Shown here in pieces: positions 47,588 through 60,150 of a stretch of 64,000 nt of DNA (position 1 is its first letter; every line of letters begins with the position of its first letter). The DNA lies in assembly GCA_048013815.1 (NCBI GenBank), contig CM106585.1:16554001-16618000 (forward strand). The letters are read 5' to 3'. Made by a program: the position numbers and the translations under genes. The notes beneath the pieces are model-generated. The model had not been told where the DNA came from and did not search any database. It was given only the letters and a program-made list of their open reading frames with translations. This stretch comes from Setoptus koraiensis. Taxonomy: Eukaryota; Animalia; Arthropoda.

Positions 47588-48517
47588 TCATTCGGCGGGC
47601 CCCAGTTGAAGGCACAGGCACAAACAAACAAGTCGACGGCGACGACGACGACGACAACAAAGAATTTCTGGCTTTTCGAGGCTTTTGTTAGTTAGCGAGT
47701 GCCCTTTTACGCCGCTGTTGTCGGCGTAGTCGTCGGTGTCGGTGTTGTCGATGCTGTCGCGGCTCGCGACGACTATCAACGTCTTAACCCCTTCGCCGGC
47801 GTCGTTCCCGAGCGGGTCTTCGATCATCGCGTTCGCACGAGCCGGCCCGACAGCAGCGCCGACAACAGCGCCGACAACAGCGCCGGCAACAGCGACAACA
47901 GCGGCGTCGTTGTCGTCACTCTCAACAACTGTCCGCAGTTTACAACAACGACGGGCCCCAACGAGCGCCCAGGCACGTCGATAGAGACGCAAAGTGAAAC
48001 TCGACGACTTGAGGAGCCCCAAATAAACGAGAAACGCGCCGTAATGGCGCCTCGGCTGGCTGTGTTTGACGCTGCTGCCGGCGAAGCTGCACAGCGCCAA
48101 ACAGACCGGGCTGAATGTTAATTGATACGATCCCCAGATCGGGCCTCGATACAGGCCTTTGTTGTGGCTGTTGTCGCTGTTGTTGTCGCTGTTGTTGTTG
48201 TTGTCGTCGTCGTTGTCGCTGTTGTTGTCTCTGCTGTTGTTGTCTCTGCTGTTGTCGCTGTTGTCGCCGTTGTCGCTCTTGTTGTTGTTTATACACTCGC
48301 GCGTCCCCCAGACGCACAGCTCCCCCAACAGAAGAGGCTCGAACGGGCGCCCCTTTTCCCAGATGATTTCAGATCTAATTCGTGAATGTCGTCGCAAGCC
48401 GATGCCGCCAGCCACCGAGACGCCGCTCGTGGCGCTCGGCGAGGCGCCACGAGCGGCGCCAGTCGCGCTTGAGTCTGCCAAGCATGCAACTAATTTGTTG
48501 TACACACACAACAACAA
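47588..48517 (-). CDS. Long low-complexity ORF of unknown status; first in-frame ATG at 47827 would give 79 aa
   Basis: 309-codon open frame with a strong run of C/G-ending codons at 47827-47711 and an open antisense frame. No recognisable domain, and much of it is trinucleotide repeat. Confidence 0.12.
   Translation of the reverse strand: MLLCVYNKLVACLADSSATGAARGASPSATSGVSVAGGIGLRRHSRIRSEIIWEKGRPFEPLLLGELCVWGTRECINNNKSDNGDNSDNSRDNNSRDNNSDNDDDNNNNSDNNSDNSHNKGLYRGPIWGSYQLTFSPVCLALCSFAGSSVKHSQPRRHYGAFLVYLGLLKSSSFTLRLYRRAWALVGARRCCKLRTVVESDDNDAAVVAVAGAVVGAVVGAAVGPARANAMIEDPLGNDAGEGVKTLIVVASRDSIDNTDTDDYADNSGVKGHSLTNKSLEKPEILCCRRRRRRRLVCLCLCLQLGPAE
48165..48290 (-). repeat. TTG/TCG/CTG compound microsatellite
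   Basis: Direct reading. Confidence 0.95.
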
Positions 48518-49481
48518 ACATTACAATTAAAAATTACAATTAATGATCCGAGCGGATCGCCCGAAAAACTACAAGCCGCCTCTGGCCTCAACTAGGCGCA
48601 CAGTCGGGCCCACAGTCACTGCAGTGCACTGTTATAATCTGCTATATTATACAGCGTATCAATGCGGTGTGGGCCCGTATCGGACCGGCGACAACGGTTC
48701 CTCGACACGGCCGCCACCTATTAGGTGGCGCCACTGGCGAAGAGCGGGCCCACTTCCGGTCCGGATAATTCTTCTCGTTGTGTGCAGTGGCAACGGCAGA
48801 ATTCTCTTTCCTCGCGTTGTGCAATTTGTTGTTGTGGCAAATCGGCATCGAATTTGGATATTTGGTTGCCGGGGCTTATAAAGCATCGGCAATATCTGAT
48901 GGTGGTAGCCTGATGCGCGGTCGCCATCAGATATTTTGCCGAGGCAGATCAGCCACGATTAGCCGCTAAGAGTAGAATGGAGAATAGAGTAGAGCCAGCG
49001 CCGCCTCGACCGGCCTCGAGTATCATCATCGGCGGGCCCCAATTAGCACAATCTTATCTAATGGATGTAAAAAGAGTTTGCACGCCGTTCTGGGGCGCCG
49101 TGAGGGGGCGCACACAGAGATAATAATGGCGGGCAGTTTTATTGGGGACGCGCCGCCTGGTGTGTGTGTGTGTGTCAGATCCGAGTCGTCGGGCACTCGA
49201 GGGCCCAGCGAGGTCCGGCGGCCAGACCGGCGCCAGTGTGTCAGAGCGCATCGATCGACACTGAGCGAAATTGGCAAGATAGCTCTCGTGTCGCCGTGCG
49301 CTATCTACGTCTCCACTCGAGACTCTCGGGCGAGCGAGCCAGAGACGGCGGGGCCCCGCGACTCGAAAACAACGCCAGCCAGCCGAGGCTGGCTCAACGC
49401 TCGCGTTTGGGGCCCGCCGAAGAGATAATAATGGCCCAAACAAACGCCAGCCAGCGAGCGCCACACTCGGCCAGCCAGACC

Positions 49482-49483
<2 letters not shown>

Positions 49484-49523
<40 letters not shown>

Positions 49524-49527
49524 GTGT
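49484..49527. repeat. (GT)n microsatellite
   Basis: Direct reading. Confidence 0.95.
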
Positions 49528-50970
49528 GGGGAGCTGGAGGATGAAATTACTTTTAACAAACAAACTAACGACTGGATAATGATCAAGTTTTTCCAATTCA
49601 TTTCACATATTGTGCAGTGTGGCACTTGGTTTTGGCGCTCACTGTTGGCGTCTTGTTTGTGCGCCCCACGGGCTGCGCTCGCAGATAACTGTTACTGTTG
49701 CCAGTTTATCCGCGATCGCGGCCCTCAAGACGCCCGACGTTATCCGCGGCTGCCAATACCTATCGCGCGCCCATCAGCAGAGCGAGCGCGTGCCGCTCGC
49801 ATCTTGGGGCGCCGCGTTTTGCCGCCCGTTTTCTTCGCTCGCCGTGGGGCCGCGGGTCCCACGGCGAGCGAGTTGTTATGCATGATCAATGTTTGTTTGG
49901 AGATGTTTATATACACTGTCTGGCCATAACGTGTTTATCGCCCGCAACACGCACAAGTCGCGAACGCCTCTATGTGCCTCTGCGCGCGTCCATGTGCCGC
50001 GATGTGTGTCTATGTTTGTGTCAGTGACGAAGTGGCTGCCACGAGCACCGCCGAGAATTCGCCGTTTTCTTGGCAGTTCGCGCGCGCCGGCGCCCACATC
50101 AAGCGCTGACCAGCGGGCCGGCGCCGCAGCGGCGGCGGCGGCGCTATCACGGCGCTGTTGCCATTTTATTATTTTATTCAATTTATCTGCCTACATGATC
50201 AATTTCCCTTTTGAGGTGCCAGCCTGGCGCGCGCTCTAGTTAGCGGGCCCGTTGCCAGCCGGAGCGCGACCATTATCTATCGTGCGCCGGGGCGCCAGAG
50301 CGGCACCGCGCCATGTGTATGGCATGCCCACGGTACAACACACGGTCGCACACGGTGCTGTGCGGACGCCGCGCTGCTGTGCGGATGTGCGGGCATGTGT
50401 GGGGCCGAGATAGCTCGAGCCAAGTGAGCGGCGAAACGAGCCGCGATGATGATGGCGAGACCCGAGACGCCGCGCCAAGCGCTAAAAGATGCAACTCGAT
50501 GATACAATCGGCTGAAACAATCGGCCATATTGAGCCGCCCGATACAGCGTTTTGGGCGCCATTTCTGCGCCACGGGCCGGCCGGGCCCGAACAAAGGCTC
50601 GAGCAGTTCGGCGTGGCGCCGCCAGCGAATTCTTTGTCTGCCGCATCGGATCTGATTTATTGGTTGGGCGTCGGTGTTGAGCCAGCCACGGATAGTGGCC
50701 AGCGCGGATATGCGGCGCGTCGCGGTTGTTGTTGGTGCTGTCGCTGTTGTTGATATTTTTGTTGTTGTTGTTGCTGCTGGTGATGTAGTTGTTGCTGGTG
50801 TTGGTGTTGCTGCTGTCGTTGTCGCCCGAGCGAGTCGCTGCCACTTTTAAACAGCTGGCCGCAAATTGTTGTTGCGCAATTTTGCTGCTTCGGAAGCTCG
50901 CTCGTGGGGGCGACGACACACGAGCCAGCGACGAGGTTTTGTGCGGTTTCAATTATGCCCTCGCTGGCCC

Positions 50971-51062
50971 ACTCCTAGCGACGTTTGCGACTCACAGGCG
51001 GCGCCTAGCGACTTCGGCGACTCGCAAGCGGCGCCTAGCGACTTCGGCGACTCGCAAGCGGC
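50971..51062. repeat. 30-bp minisatellite, 3 copies
   Basis: GCGCCTAGCGACTTCGGCGACTCGCAAGCG exact at 51001 and 51031, diverged copy at 50971. Confidence 0.95.
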
Positions 51063-52035
51063 CAAGAAACACGCAAGATTGCCGATATTAACCACTTTTA
51101 AATTGCTCACAAACTTCGCGCACAATACATCATTATCTTTGTAAATGTGTATAAATGTGCACTTGATTATATGCAAGCGACAGAGCATTACGTCATCGTT
51201 GGACGTGTGTGCATAAATCACACACAGTTGCGTCATCAATGTTTTTTGCATTCCTTTTTGCTGTGTGTGTGTTCGAATCATCATGTGTTGTGTTCCATTA
51301 ATTGTAGCGAAACCATTTTAGGCGCATTTTAGCGCACAATGATGGATAAAAAGTTAAGTGGCTCGCCGATCACCGATCGGGGCGCCGCGATCCGTGGGCG
51401 TGTTGCTGCCGTTCACTAGTTATTAAGTTCATTGTTCGCCAAAAAACTCTTTTGCTCCAATTCGCTCGCTAATGTTTGGTTAGCCAAACATTGGCTGCCG
51501 GTTGTCAGCGCATAACAGCGAGACAATTTCTCGCTGTTTATCGTTATCGGGCGCGATATTCGCGCAACGGGCCCCACAAACAACGGCGGGCCTCACAGAG
51601 CGGCGCGCCGTTGTTTACAGGCTCTTCAGGCGTCTTTGTTCGCGCACAAGAATTTTCTTTCACAAAATTCCATTGTTTCCTTTTGAAAACAATAGAGTTT
51701 TCCTCAAGAATACAAACGCCAAACGCGAAAAAAGCGCCGCCGTAATGCGTTTGCGCACCCGTTCACTTCAACCGGAATTGGCCCCCGCATCCATTGCGAG
51801 TCCGCTAGGGGCGCTCTCGGCACGACATTGGCCACTGCAACCACTTGATCAGTGATCAATGATCGCTGATTGCGCCACAACGGCGCTGTCCGGCAACTGT
51901 CATTCCGACGGGCCACCGATGCCGGCGCTCTTCTGGGCACGGGCCCTCGAAGGGCCGTTCTTCGGAGCGACTCGGGCATTCTTTCGGCGAACCGATCGCA
52001 CAATTGGGAGCGAACCATGAAAAAAAAACGAAAGG

Positions 52036-52064
52036 ACTTACCAAACAAACCGATCGGAACGCTG
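52036..52064 (-). other. Consensus donor TTG|GTAAGT with a possible 20-nt microexon (52061-52042)
   Basis: Minus strand reads AAATTTCCAG|CGTTCCGATCGGTTTGTTTG|GTAAGT; the acceptor tract is short. Confidence 0.25.
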
Positions 52065-54139
52065 GAAATTTACATATTGGCTCGGCACCGGGCACAAGGT
52101 TCGCTCAAATGATCCGGTCGGTCCGGACCGCGGAGAAATGTCGCCCCCCGAAGAGTTGTCGCTCGAAGGATGGTCACCGATAATGAGTGCGCGAAACACG
52201 GCTCAACATCTAGCTCATTTCGTGGCGGTTTTTGTTTCGTGTCAAGTATGAAAATTTAAATGTCACTCGAGATACTCGAGTCGAGTATGTCAGTGCCGCC
52301 CGAAATTGGGTCCATCGGCCCGACGCGCTCGACAATTCGAACGCTGCCAACCCGAGCTTGACGCGAGCGATTTTTCGCGGCCGACTTGTGGCCCGTTCGG
52401 CGACAACGCGATGATTCGGGTCCGGGCCGGACGCACACCGATTGCATTTGCAGCAAACTAAGTGGAAATAATAATCGATTGTCATATTTCGGAGACCCTC
52501 AAGCATTTCGACTCGAAATTTTCGAGCGATTGTGCGAATCATTTCGGAGCGGGCGCGTCGATGCCGGTCGGGCTTCGGCTGCGCAGCCGGCAGCGGGCGG
52601 AAGGGTTGCTCGCTGTTGTTCGGGCCAGTTCGTGAGCCGCGCCTCGTTATCGATGCCGACCTGCTCACCCGGATTCGATGAAACTCCGAAACGAGTTCGA
52701 ACGCTTTCCATGATGAAAATTTCATCCAAGCGGCCCCCGTCGCTGTTTGCACTCAGGCCCATGATGATAATTCGAGCGCAGCTGAGAAAATGAATTCGCA
52801 GCACGGCGGGCATCAGGTTACCCCCGATCGCCGGATATTCTAAACGAGTGTTGAGTGACAAAAATTAAATTTTTCGCCCACGGAGAAAAAAGAGCCTCGT
52901 AGTCGCTGACACTGGCCACTAACTAACTAATGTTGCCAGTTATGATGTATCGAAAATTTATCCACAGATTCGCCTGTCGCCGCGTTGACACGATCTCAGT
53001 TTACACTCAGTTTACACTCAGTTTACAGTGAGTTAGCGGGCCAGAAGGGGGCCCCACGGAGACACTCTATCCCGCGCGGATAATTGGCCGCGGCATGTGC
53101 GTACTGTGTCGAGCGGCCCGGCGCGACTCGAAAGGGAAACAAGAGACGGCCCAAAGTGATTGTTTCCTGACTGCTCTGGCTCGAAGTGGCCGGCCCGGCG
53201 GGGCCGCTTCGTTTTATTTGTTTCAATTAAGTGCGCAGCAGCACGTGGCACGCCGCGCAATCCGCGGATCCGCCACCGAGCTGATGATGGCCGCCGACAC
53301 GATAGCAGCCCCGACACGAGCTCAGGCCCGTCGACGGCCCTCGCAAAAGAGGCGACGCGATTCAGCGGCGCATGGATTGCGATGATGCGCATCGGACGCG
53401 CCGGCCTCAGTTACGCCCAATTGTTAGGGGCGCCCCATTATGGGTGCGCGATGATGATCTAATAGGTAGCCTGGCGCGCTCCGTGTGAGGCGCCCGTGCC
53501 AGCGCGCCCAAGATAATGATAGGTGGTGGAGAGATCGCTGGCAGCAGGCTGTTTGCAGCGGTCGCCTGGTGCTGGCGCCCTTGCCGGCAGTCGACGGGCC
53601 GGTGGAGGGGGCCAGCAGTCGCGCTTCGAATCACCGAGACCAGCGAGCGCAAGCAGCCGCGCTGGCTAGTTGTCTCGGCTGGTTAGACAGGCGCCCAAGC
53701 GTCTTGGCAAATCTATTATAGATGGTTTGATGGTGGGGCCCGAGCGGGCGCACAATGGCTCTGAAAGAGGGCGCGCGCTGCAGGTTTCAAAAAGAGGAGA
53801 AAAAACTTTACAATATACAGGCTCGCGCCAGCAAGGTATCACGAAGCGCCATCAATTTGTGCTGGCTCGCGAGCGAGCCGGGGGCCCCTTTCAGCGTCTC
53901 GAGCGCTCAGAGACTCTCTCTGACAGAGAGGCGCCGTAATGTGTTAAAAATAGACGCCGCCGATACGTTCGTGTGAGCGACGAGCGGCCACCGGGGCTCA
54001 CGGGGACGCGAATTTAAAAAGGGGCGCACAAAGTTTGAATGGATTCTCTCGGCAAAATCGAAAATCGAAACCCTGGCCGAAATAGGAGGCGCGCCGCCGA
54101 GCGCTCGTTTCGCCGTATCGAGCAGCGACTTATCGGGCG

Positions 54140-54172
54140 GCCGAAATGCCCGCCGAAATGCCCGCCGAAATG
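54140..54172. repeat. 12-bp tandem repeat (GCCGAAATGCCC), about 2.8 copies
   Basis: Direct reading. Confidence 0.9.
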
Positions 54173-57100
54173 AGCCCTGTTTGCTGGCTCGGCAAAATGC
54201 GGCCGTTCGCCGAGCGAGACAACAGGCCTCAATGGTCGGACTGCGAACACTAACTGCGAATGGGAGGCCCGTCGGCCGGGCGGCCGGGAAAATCTCGGTC
54301 ACTTCGGATGGCCGGGCGGACCTCGGGTGACCAGCCATCCGGCGCGGCCCGACGGCCGGACCGGCGGACGGACCGGCTCGACAGCCGCGCCCGGCCGTGC
54401 ACTGGCCAGAGTCGACACATGCGGTCGATTACAGTGGACACGAGGATTCCGCCAGTTTCGGGCGGACGAGCGAGACACAAACATGCTGCGAACAGTGTAA
54501 AATAAGACGCGATATTATTTTTGTGCATTCGCACCGCAAGCTGACCGGAACTGGCGCGGGCCGGCCGCACACTGAGTGGCGCGACAAAATGTGATTTGAG
54601 TGAATTGGGCCCCCCTCAATCGAGTGCAATGATCCAATTATTGGGCAGGGCGAGTTGATGACGCGCGCAATGGCGGGCCTGTGGGCCGGTTCATGGGTCG
54701 GTCGGTTGGCTGGTGCTAGCGCCCGGAGTGGGCCGATTTTTCAAATCGGTTTGCACGCGCCGAATCGAGGTGCGCGTGTGACGCGGCCCGCCACTCGAAA
54801 TTGGATTATCGGGTTAGAGAGCGAGTTGGGGCTGGAAAGGCGCCAATGCAATTGGAATTTCGGGCACTGTTTTGAATAAACATCGGGCTCCATGACCAGC
54901 GTGGCCCCTCGTGTTCAGGCGCACGGGCGCTGCGGGCGCACGACAGGTGACGGGCCCGGCCCCGTTATGCTAACGAGCTCGGCGGGCGCGACCAAATGGA
55001 CGGGCCAACCGCACAACACAAACAGCGCCAGCCAAGGGGCACCTTGTTTGTCAAACTGACCACTGGCGCGCCACTGGCCACAGCAGGACGTGTTTGCGCT
55101 TGCACGTGTAAGCGAGCGTGTTGTTTGTTTATGCTAACACGTTGCCAACAAACAAGGAAGTCACAAGTGGCGCTGCCACTTGCACCGCGCGCTCGCGCGC
55201 GCCCCCCGAGCCTCTTGTGGGCCCCGCCGGCGACCCCACGAGAGAAAAATGGCCATTCATTCATTATTTGTGGCTTGCCGCCGAACTGGGCCGATCCCTG
55301 GCAGCCGCCGCGTGCTACCTGGTCTCTCTCTCTCTCGTGCACCGCTCACAGGTTGTGCGTGTCGCAACAGTGTCAGCTCGTGCAAAATGCGTGCAATTTT
55401 ATCCGCTTGCCAGATAATATCTGGCAGATATACAGCGTATATGCGCGCGCGCGCGCGCGCCGAATTAATTCCCATTAAGTCCGCGCTCTGGAAACGAGGA
55501 TTAAGCTGGCGCCCGAATGGGCGCCACTGCATCAAATCGAAATCGATATCGGCGTCAGATATTGACTGCTGCAGCACGTGATATCTGCGCGACAATCATG
55601 GGCATTTTCGCGCTAAAACCATTTTAAAAATCGCCTCCCCAATGGGCTGCGAGCACAGCTGATGGGGCGAATCCGCTCGCAAGCGGAATCGCCGCAGCCA
55701 AGCCGACGGAGCTGGCGAGCTCTTGACCTTTGAGTTACTCAAATCGAGTATGTAAACAACGCGCCAGGGGCCCGGTGGCAGTGCGAGCAACACACTGTAG
55801 ACGCAGTCTGTCTTGCGGGATTCGAGACAAGATTCCCGGAAACATTGACCGAGCTCGCCATTTCAGCTTGGCGCGATTAGGCGTTGCCATTTTTCGGCCG
55901 TTCGCGATTCCGCCGAAATCGGCCCGAAAACGTTGGGCCCCCAAAGCCAGCCGGGCCGTCTCAAGTCCGCCTAAGCGAGTTGGGCCGTCTGCGTGCCGGC
56001 GTCATAATTTTCGGCCCTGCGATTTAGGCGCTCCGATCCGTCGGCCTCGTGACTCGCAAGTTGCGAGCCGCCGTCGGCCTGCTAGAGCGAGAAATTTCCG
56101 ACCGATATTCGGCCGGTCTCACTGTCGTCGGCCTAGCCGGTCGGCCAGTGACTAACAAAGTAAGCGTCTCGACTCGAAGTCTAGCCGGCCTCCGGGAATT
56201 TTTCCAGTTGAGCTGCGTGTCGGCGCTGGCAGACGCGTTCGGAGAGTTCTCAAAAGTGGGCCAAAATAATAGACAGATTAGCCGCTGGGCCGCCGATTCG
56301 GGCCGACATCATTTAATATTGGCGGTAACTTGGCTGCGCGGCGACGGCGAAATGGGGCCCGACGAGAGCTCAACGCCGATCTCACTGGACTCCTCTGAAT
56401 GGAGTCGGTATGCCGATCGGGATTTGTTTTGTGTGACAGGGATCATCGCGCCGATTTGGGGCCTTTCGATTGGCGGGATGGGCAAAATGGGAGCTTTGCG
56501 AGTTGTCTCAAACTGTTTGCGTTTGAGTCCGTCGCCCTGCTTAGCGCAACTTGATCCCCGGCCGGGGTATCACCGCGAAAGCCGCGAAAGTGACACCAAT
56601 ATCGGGCCGGATCAAGTTGCATACACCCAAATAAGCGACCAACCGGCTTATTTGCGCATCTATCCATATAAATATATTTTTTTTTTTTTGCGCCCGCTTG
56701 GCTATTTGGCTGTTGCAAAATGGCGATTAGCGATTGATCATTTTGCGTCATCATTTTGCAATGGCGACAACACTGGGCCCCGGCCAGTTTTGCGACGCAC
56801 TGTAACGCAACGTTCGGCTACAATTGCAGCGTGCAATTGGTGTCACATAGCCCGATGTGACATAGGTGCCGCCACTCGGCCCGTGCGGCTCAGGTGAGCG
56901 GCCCGTCGAGCCGCTCCGCCCGTCAGGCCGACTTTTTGGCTTGCCACTGGGCCGTGCGATAGTTGGCTGGCCAACAATTGGGCCAGTGATGGGGGCTCGG
57001 GATGGCTCGGGATGGACGGGCCGGCGAGTCGGGCGCGCCATCGGGGAATTAATGGGGATTTGGCGAGCGTGTTAACAGTGCGTTTACCAGCCAAAAGTAT

Positions 57101-58810
57101 AAACTATGTTGCAATGTTGTCTGAGCACCGAGAAACACTTTGTTGCTTGTTAAGTCGATGGGGCGCTTCGTGTATGTATACGTTGTTGTTGCTGCGGCTG
57201 TTGTTGTTGCTGTTGTTGTTGCGTTGCACGTGTAATATCCGTATATGTGCACACGTACACGTGCAAGAGGGGCCAGGTAGATGGGCAACGTGGGCCAATG
57301 CGCGACCCAATACATTTCGTGTATAAACTGGCTTGACTTTGCGCGTATTTGGGTCTTGGCCGGCCTGGCTCGACCACCGCCAGCAGCGACATCGGTTTAC
57401 GGCAATGGCGGCCATGGCGGCGCCAGTCAATATATCAGCATCAGTAGCTTGGAAAATAATATGTAGCATTACGTAATACATAATGCCACATATTACATTG
57501 GCTGGCGGGCCGGTCGGCCCGTCAGCCCGTCAGCCAGCATTGGGCAGCCACCAGTTTTGGCTGGACTGGACATTGGCCCGTGGCAGTTAGTGGGCGCCGG
57601 CACAATGGCCGCCGCCCACTAACAGCGACGGGCCGCCGAGCGGCGGCGGCGCTGCCGCAAGCTGCAAATTCACACAACTGGCAACAACAATAAACACCAA
57701 CAACCATTGTGTGTGTGTGTGTGTGTATGGTAATGTAGTGTTATATAACTTATATAATAACAGCAACAACAACAACAACAACTACAACAATGGTAATAAT
57801 AAGAATAATAATACACTCACTGAGCCGGCCAACAGAGGGCCCTCGGCGGGGCTAAGTGGCCAAAAGGGCCCAACGGGCCCCAACAGGCCGCAGCGATAGC
57901 CCGACAGGGTCCAATGAAGGCTCCATGGGGGCCCGGCGCAAGAGGCCCGAAGAGCGGCAAAGGGGCCAAACAATGGGGCCGCCATAATAATGGCCGGTCG
58001 GAGGCGCGAAGGTCGCTAGGCGCCGGCCAGCATCCCTGTAATGGCGGCGTATATGCAGCATTGCATACATTTATACATTTATCCACTGCATGCCGTATAT
58101 TATATTATCCTATGCAAGCTCGTCGAGATTGTACCCGGCGACCCGGCGGGCCAACTGTAATGGGCCGAGTGACCGAGGGCTGAGCATTAACCTTTGTGCG
58201 TTGCATTATCTCTTCCGTTTGCATTCGTTTGTAGCGCTGATAAAGCGAGCGCCCCCGAACAGCGCTGCTGTCAGCGAGTCAGTGGCGGGCGCCGGGCCGG
58301 CCGGCCCGCCCGCTGCAGACGCGGCGGGCATTGTGCGGACACAAACACGCGCAGACAACAGACAGTGAATAATCAACTGGCGCGCGTCACTCATCAGCAA
58401 TAATCAAATGTATTATGTCGTTATCATGCCCGTCGCCGTCGAGCTCGCCGTTGCCGTTGCAGTTGCCCGGCCGCTGTCGCCCGGCCGCTGTCGCCAGTGG
58501 CCAGTGGCCAGTGGCGGCCGTTGGACGGGAGGCCCGCGCCGCGCCGCGCCGCACCGCACAATCATATCGCACAATTATACAAAGTTACGCCGGGCAGGCC
58601 GGGCACATTTGCACGTACTGGGCTGCCGGCACGCGCACGCACCGCGCTCGCATAATGCGCGCCGCGGCATTGTTGGCGGCTCGTGTCGCACCAAAATAGC
58701 AGCCATTCATACTATTCATAGTCGTGTCGTTTGTTGATGCAAATGTGTCACAGCAACACTGACAACTGCAACAAAGCGCTGGGGGCCCACGGGGGCCAAT
58801 CATTTACATT

Positions 58811-58861
58811 TTGTAGGCATCGTTTGTAGAGATCGCTTGTAGACATCGCCGATGTCTACAA
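58811..58861. repeat. Three 13-bp-period direct copies plus one inverted copy (25-bp quasi-palindrome at 58837-58861)
   Basis: TTGTAGGCATCG, TTGTAGAGATCG, TTGTAGACATCG, then C, then CGATGTCTACAA. Confidence 0.95.
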
Positions 58862-59190
58862 AATGGCGCGCACATCTTGCCGGCTGGGGCCCGTCGCTAA
58901 CTAACCTGTGACACTGACACGCTGTGAACGGTGAGCGCGCCGACAATTGAGCGACAACTGAATGGGGCCGGCCCTGCATAATGGGGGCCCATCCGTCGAA
59001 ACGCCGGACGCGAAATTGGCTGGCGCCGGTGAATATGGTCGCGAGAGATAGCGCCCACAAGGGCGCACACGTGCCAAAATGCGCCAAACACGAACAATGA
59101 TCGCCGCCTAATCAAACTCGAATTTGGGGCCGGCGCGCGTTGAGGCCGCTCGCATTTGGGCCGCCCTAGTCTGGGGCCGCTCAAGGGCGC

Positions 59191-59260
59191 AGGCCGGTGC
59201 TCGAAATTGCAGGCCGGTGCTCGAAATTGCAGGCCGGTGCTCGAAATTACGGGCCGGTGC
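59191..59260. repeat. 20-bp minisatellite (AGGCCGGTGCTCGAAATTGC), 3.5 copies
   Basis: Direct reading. Confidence 0.95.
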
Positions 59261-59409
59261 GGCGACAATTGCCGGCTCCATGGCGCCCAGTCGATACACG
59301 GTGACGTTTCGATTGTGCGACCACTTGTGCACACAATGGGCCCCGTGGCCTGTCAAATCATTTGACTCGCAGCCTGTCTGTCTGGCGACCGTTTGACAGC
59401 TCGGGGCGC

Positions 59410-59475
59410 CAACGACAAGCCAACAACAGGCCAACAACAGGCCAACGACAGGCCAACAACAGGCCAACAACAGGG
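59410..59475 (+). repeat. 11-bp minisatellite (CAACAACAGGC), 6 copies
   Basis: Direct reading. Confidence 0.95.
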
Positions 59476-60134
59476 CGCCGTTTATCAGCTGATGGGCGCG
59501 CCAAGATGCGCGGATATTCCGAAAAGGGGCCAAGCACTGCAAAACTGTAAAGTGCGACCGTAAAATTTGCCCACTTTACAGTTATTAGTGCGCGCGTTAT
59601 CGCGCCACGAGTCGCCTATACCGAATGCCCGTGAATTTGCGCGGATAATGCCAGCGAATTGGCACGGATAATACTGCCGAATGATGGCGCGGCGATATGC
59701 TCGTGGCAGCGCGTTATTCAGTGTTGTATAGTGGGTAACAAGTATGCACATTCGCGCAAATTGTATATATTGCCGACTCATATATCACCGGCACATTTGG
59801 CGTAAACACGAATAACATAAACACCGGCGACAGCGCCATATCGCACTTGCTCGCATTTGCGCGCCCCGAGCAAGCCATCTATCATCTTGTAAACTGGCGT
59901 ACGGCGGGGCCCCCAGCGAGTGCGGTTTGTTCATTGCCGCGAGTCGATTAATAATTTTCACTTTTGCCGGCCCGCCACTTGGGTCGCTTTCGCCGGCCCG
60001 CCACTTGGGTCGCTTTTGGCGTGACGCCGGTGGCGACGCGCCAAAGTGGTCCGATGCGCGCCGAGTTCATCCATGAACGGATACTACCAACGGGGTCCAC
60101 AATATCGAGCGTGCCGTCGAGCGCCACATTGAAA

Positions 60135-60150
60135 GCGTGGATATCCACGC
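60135..60150. repeat. 16-bp perfect palindrome
   Basis: GCGTGGAT|ATCCACGC. Confidence 0.95.

Noticed and set aside
59669-59687. TAATACTGCCG-AATGATGG resembling miR-200/miR-8
   Set aside because: Needs a 3-nt deletion relative to miR-200c and lacks a pairing 5' arm.
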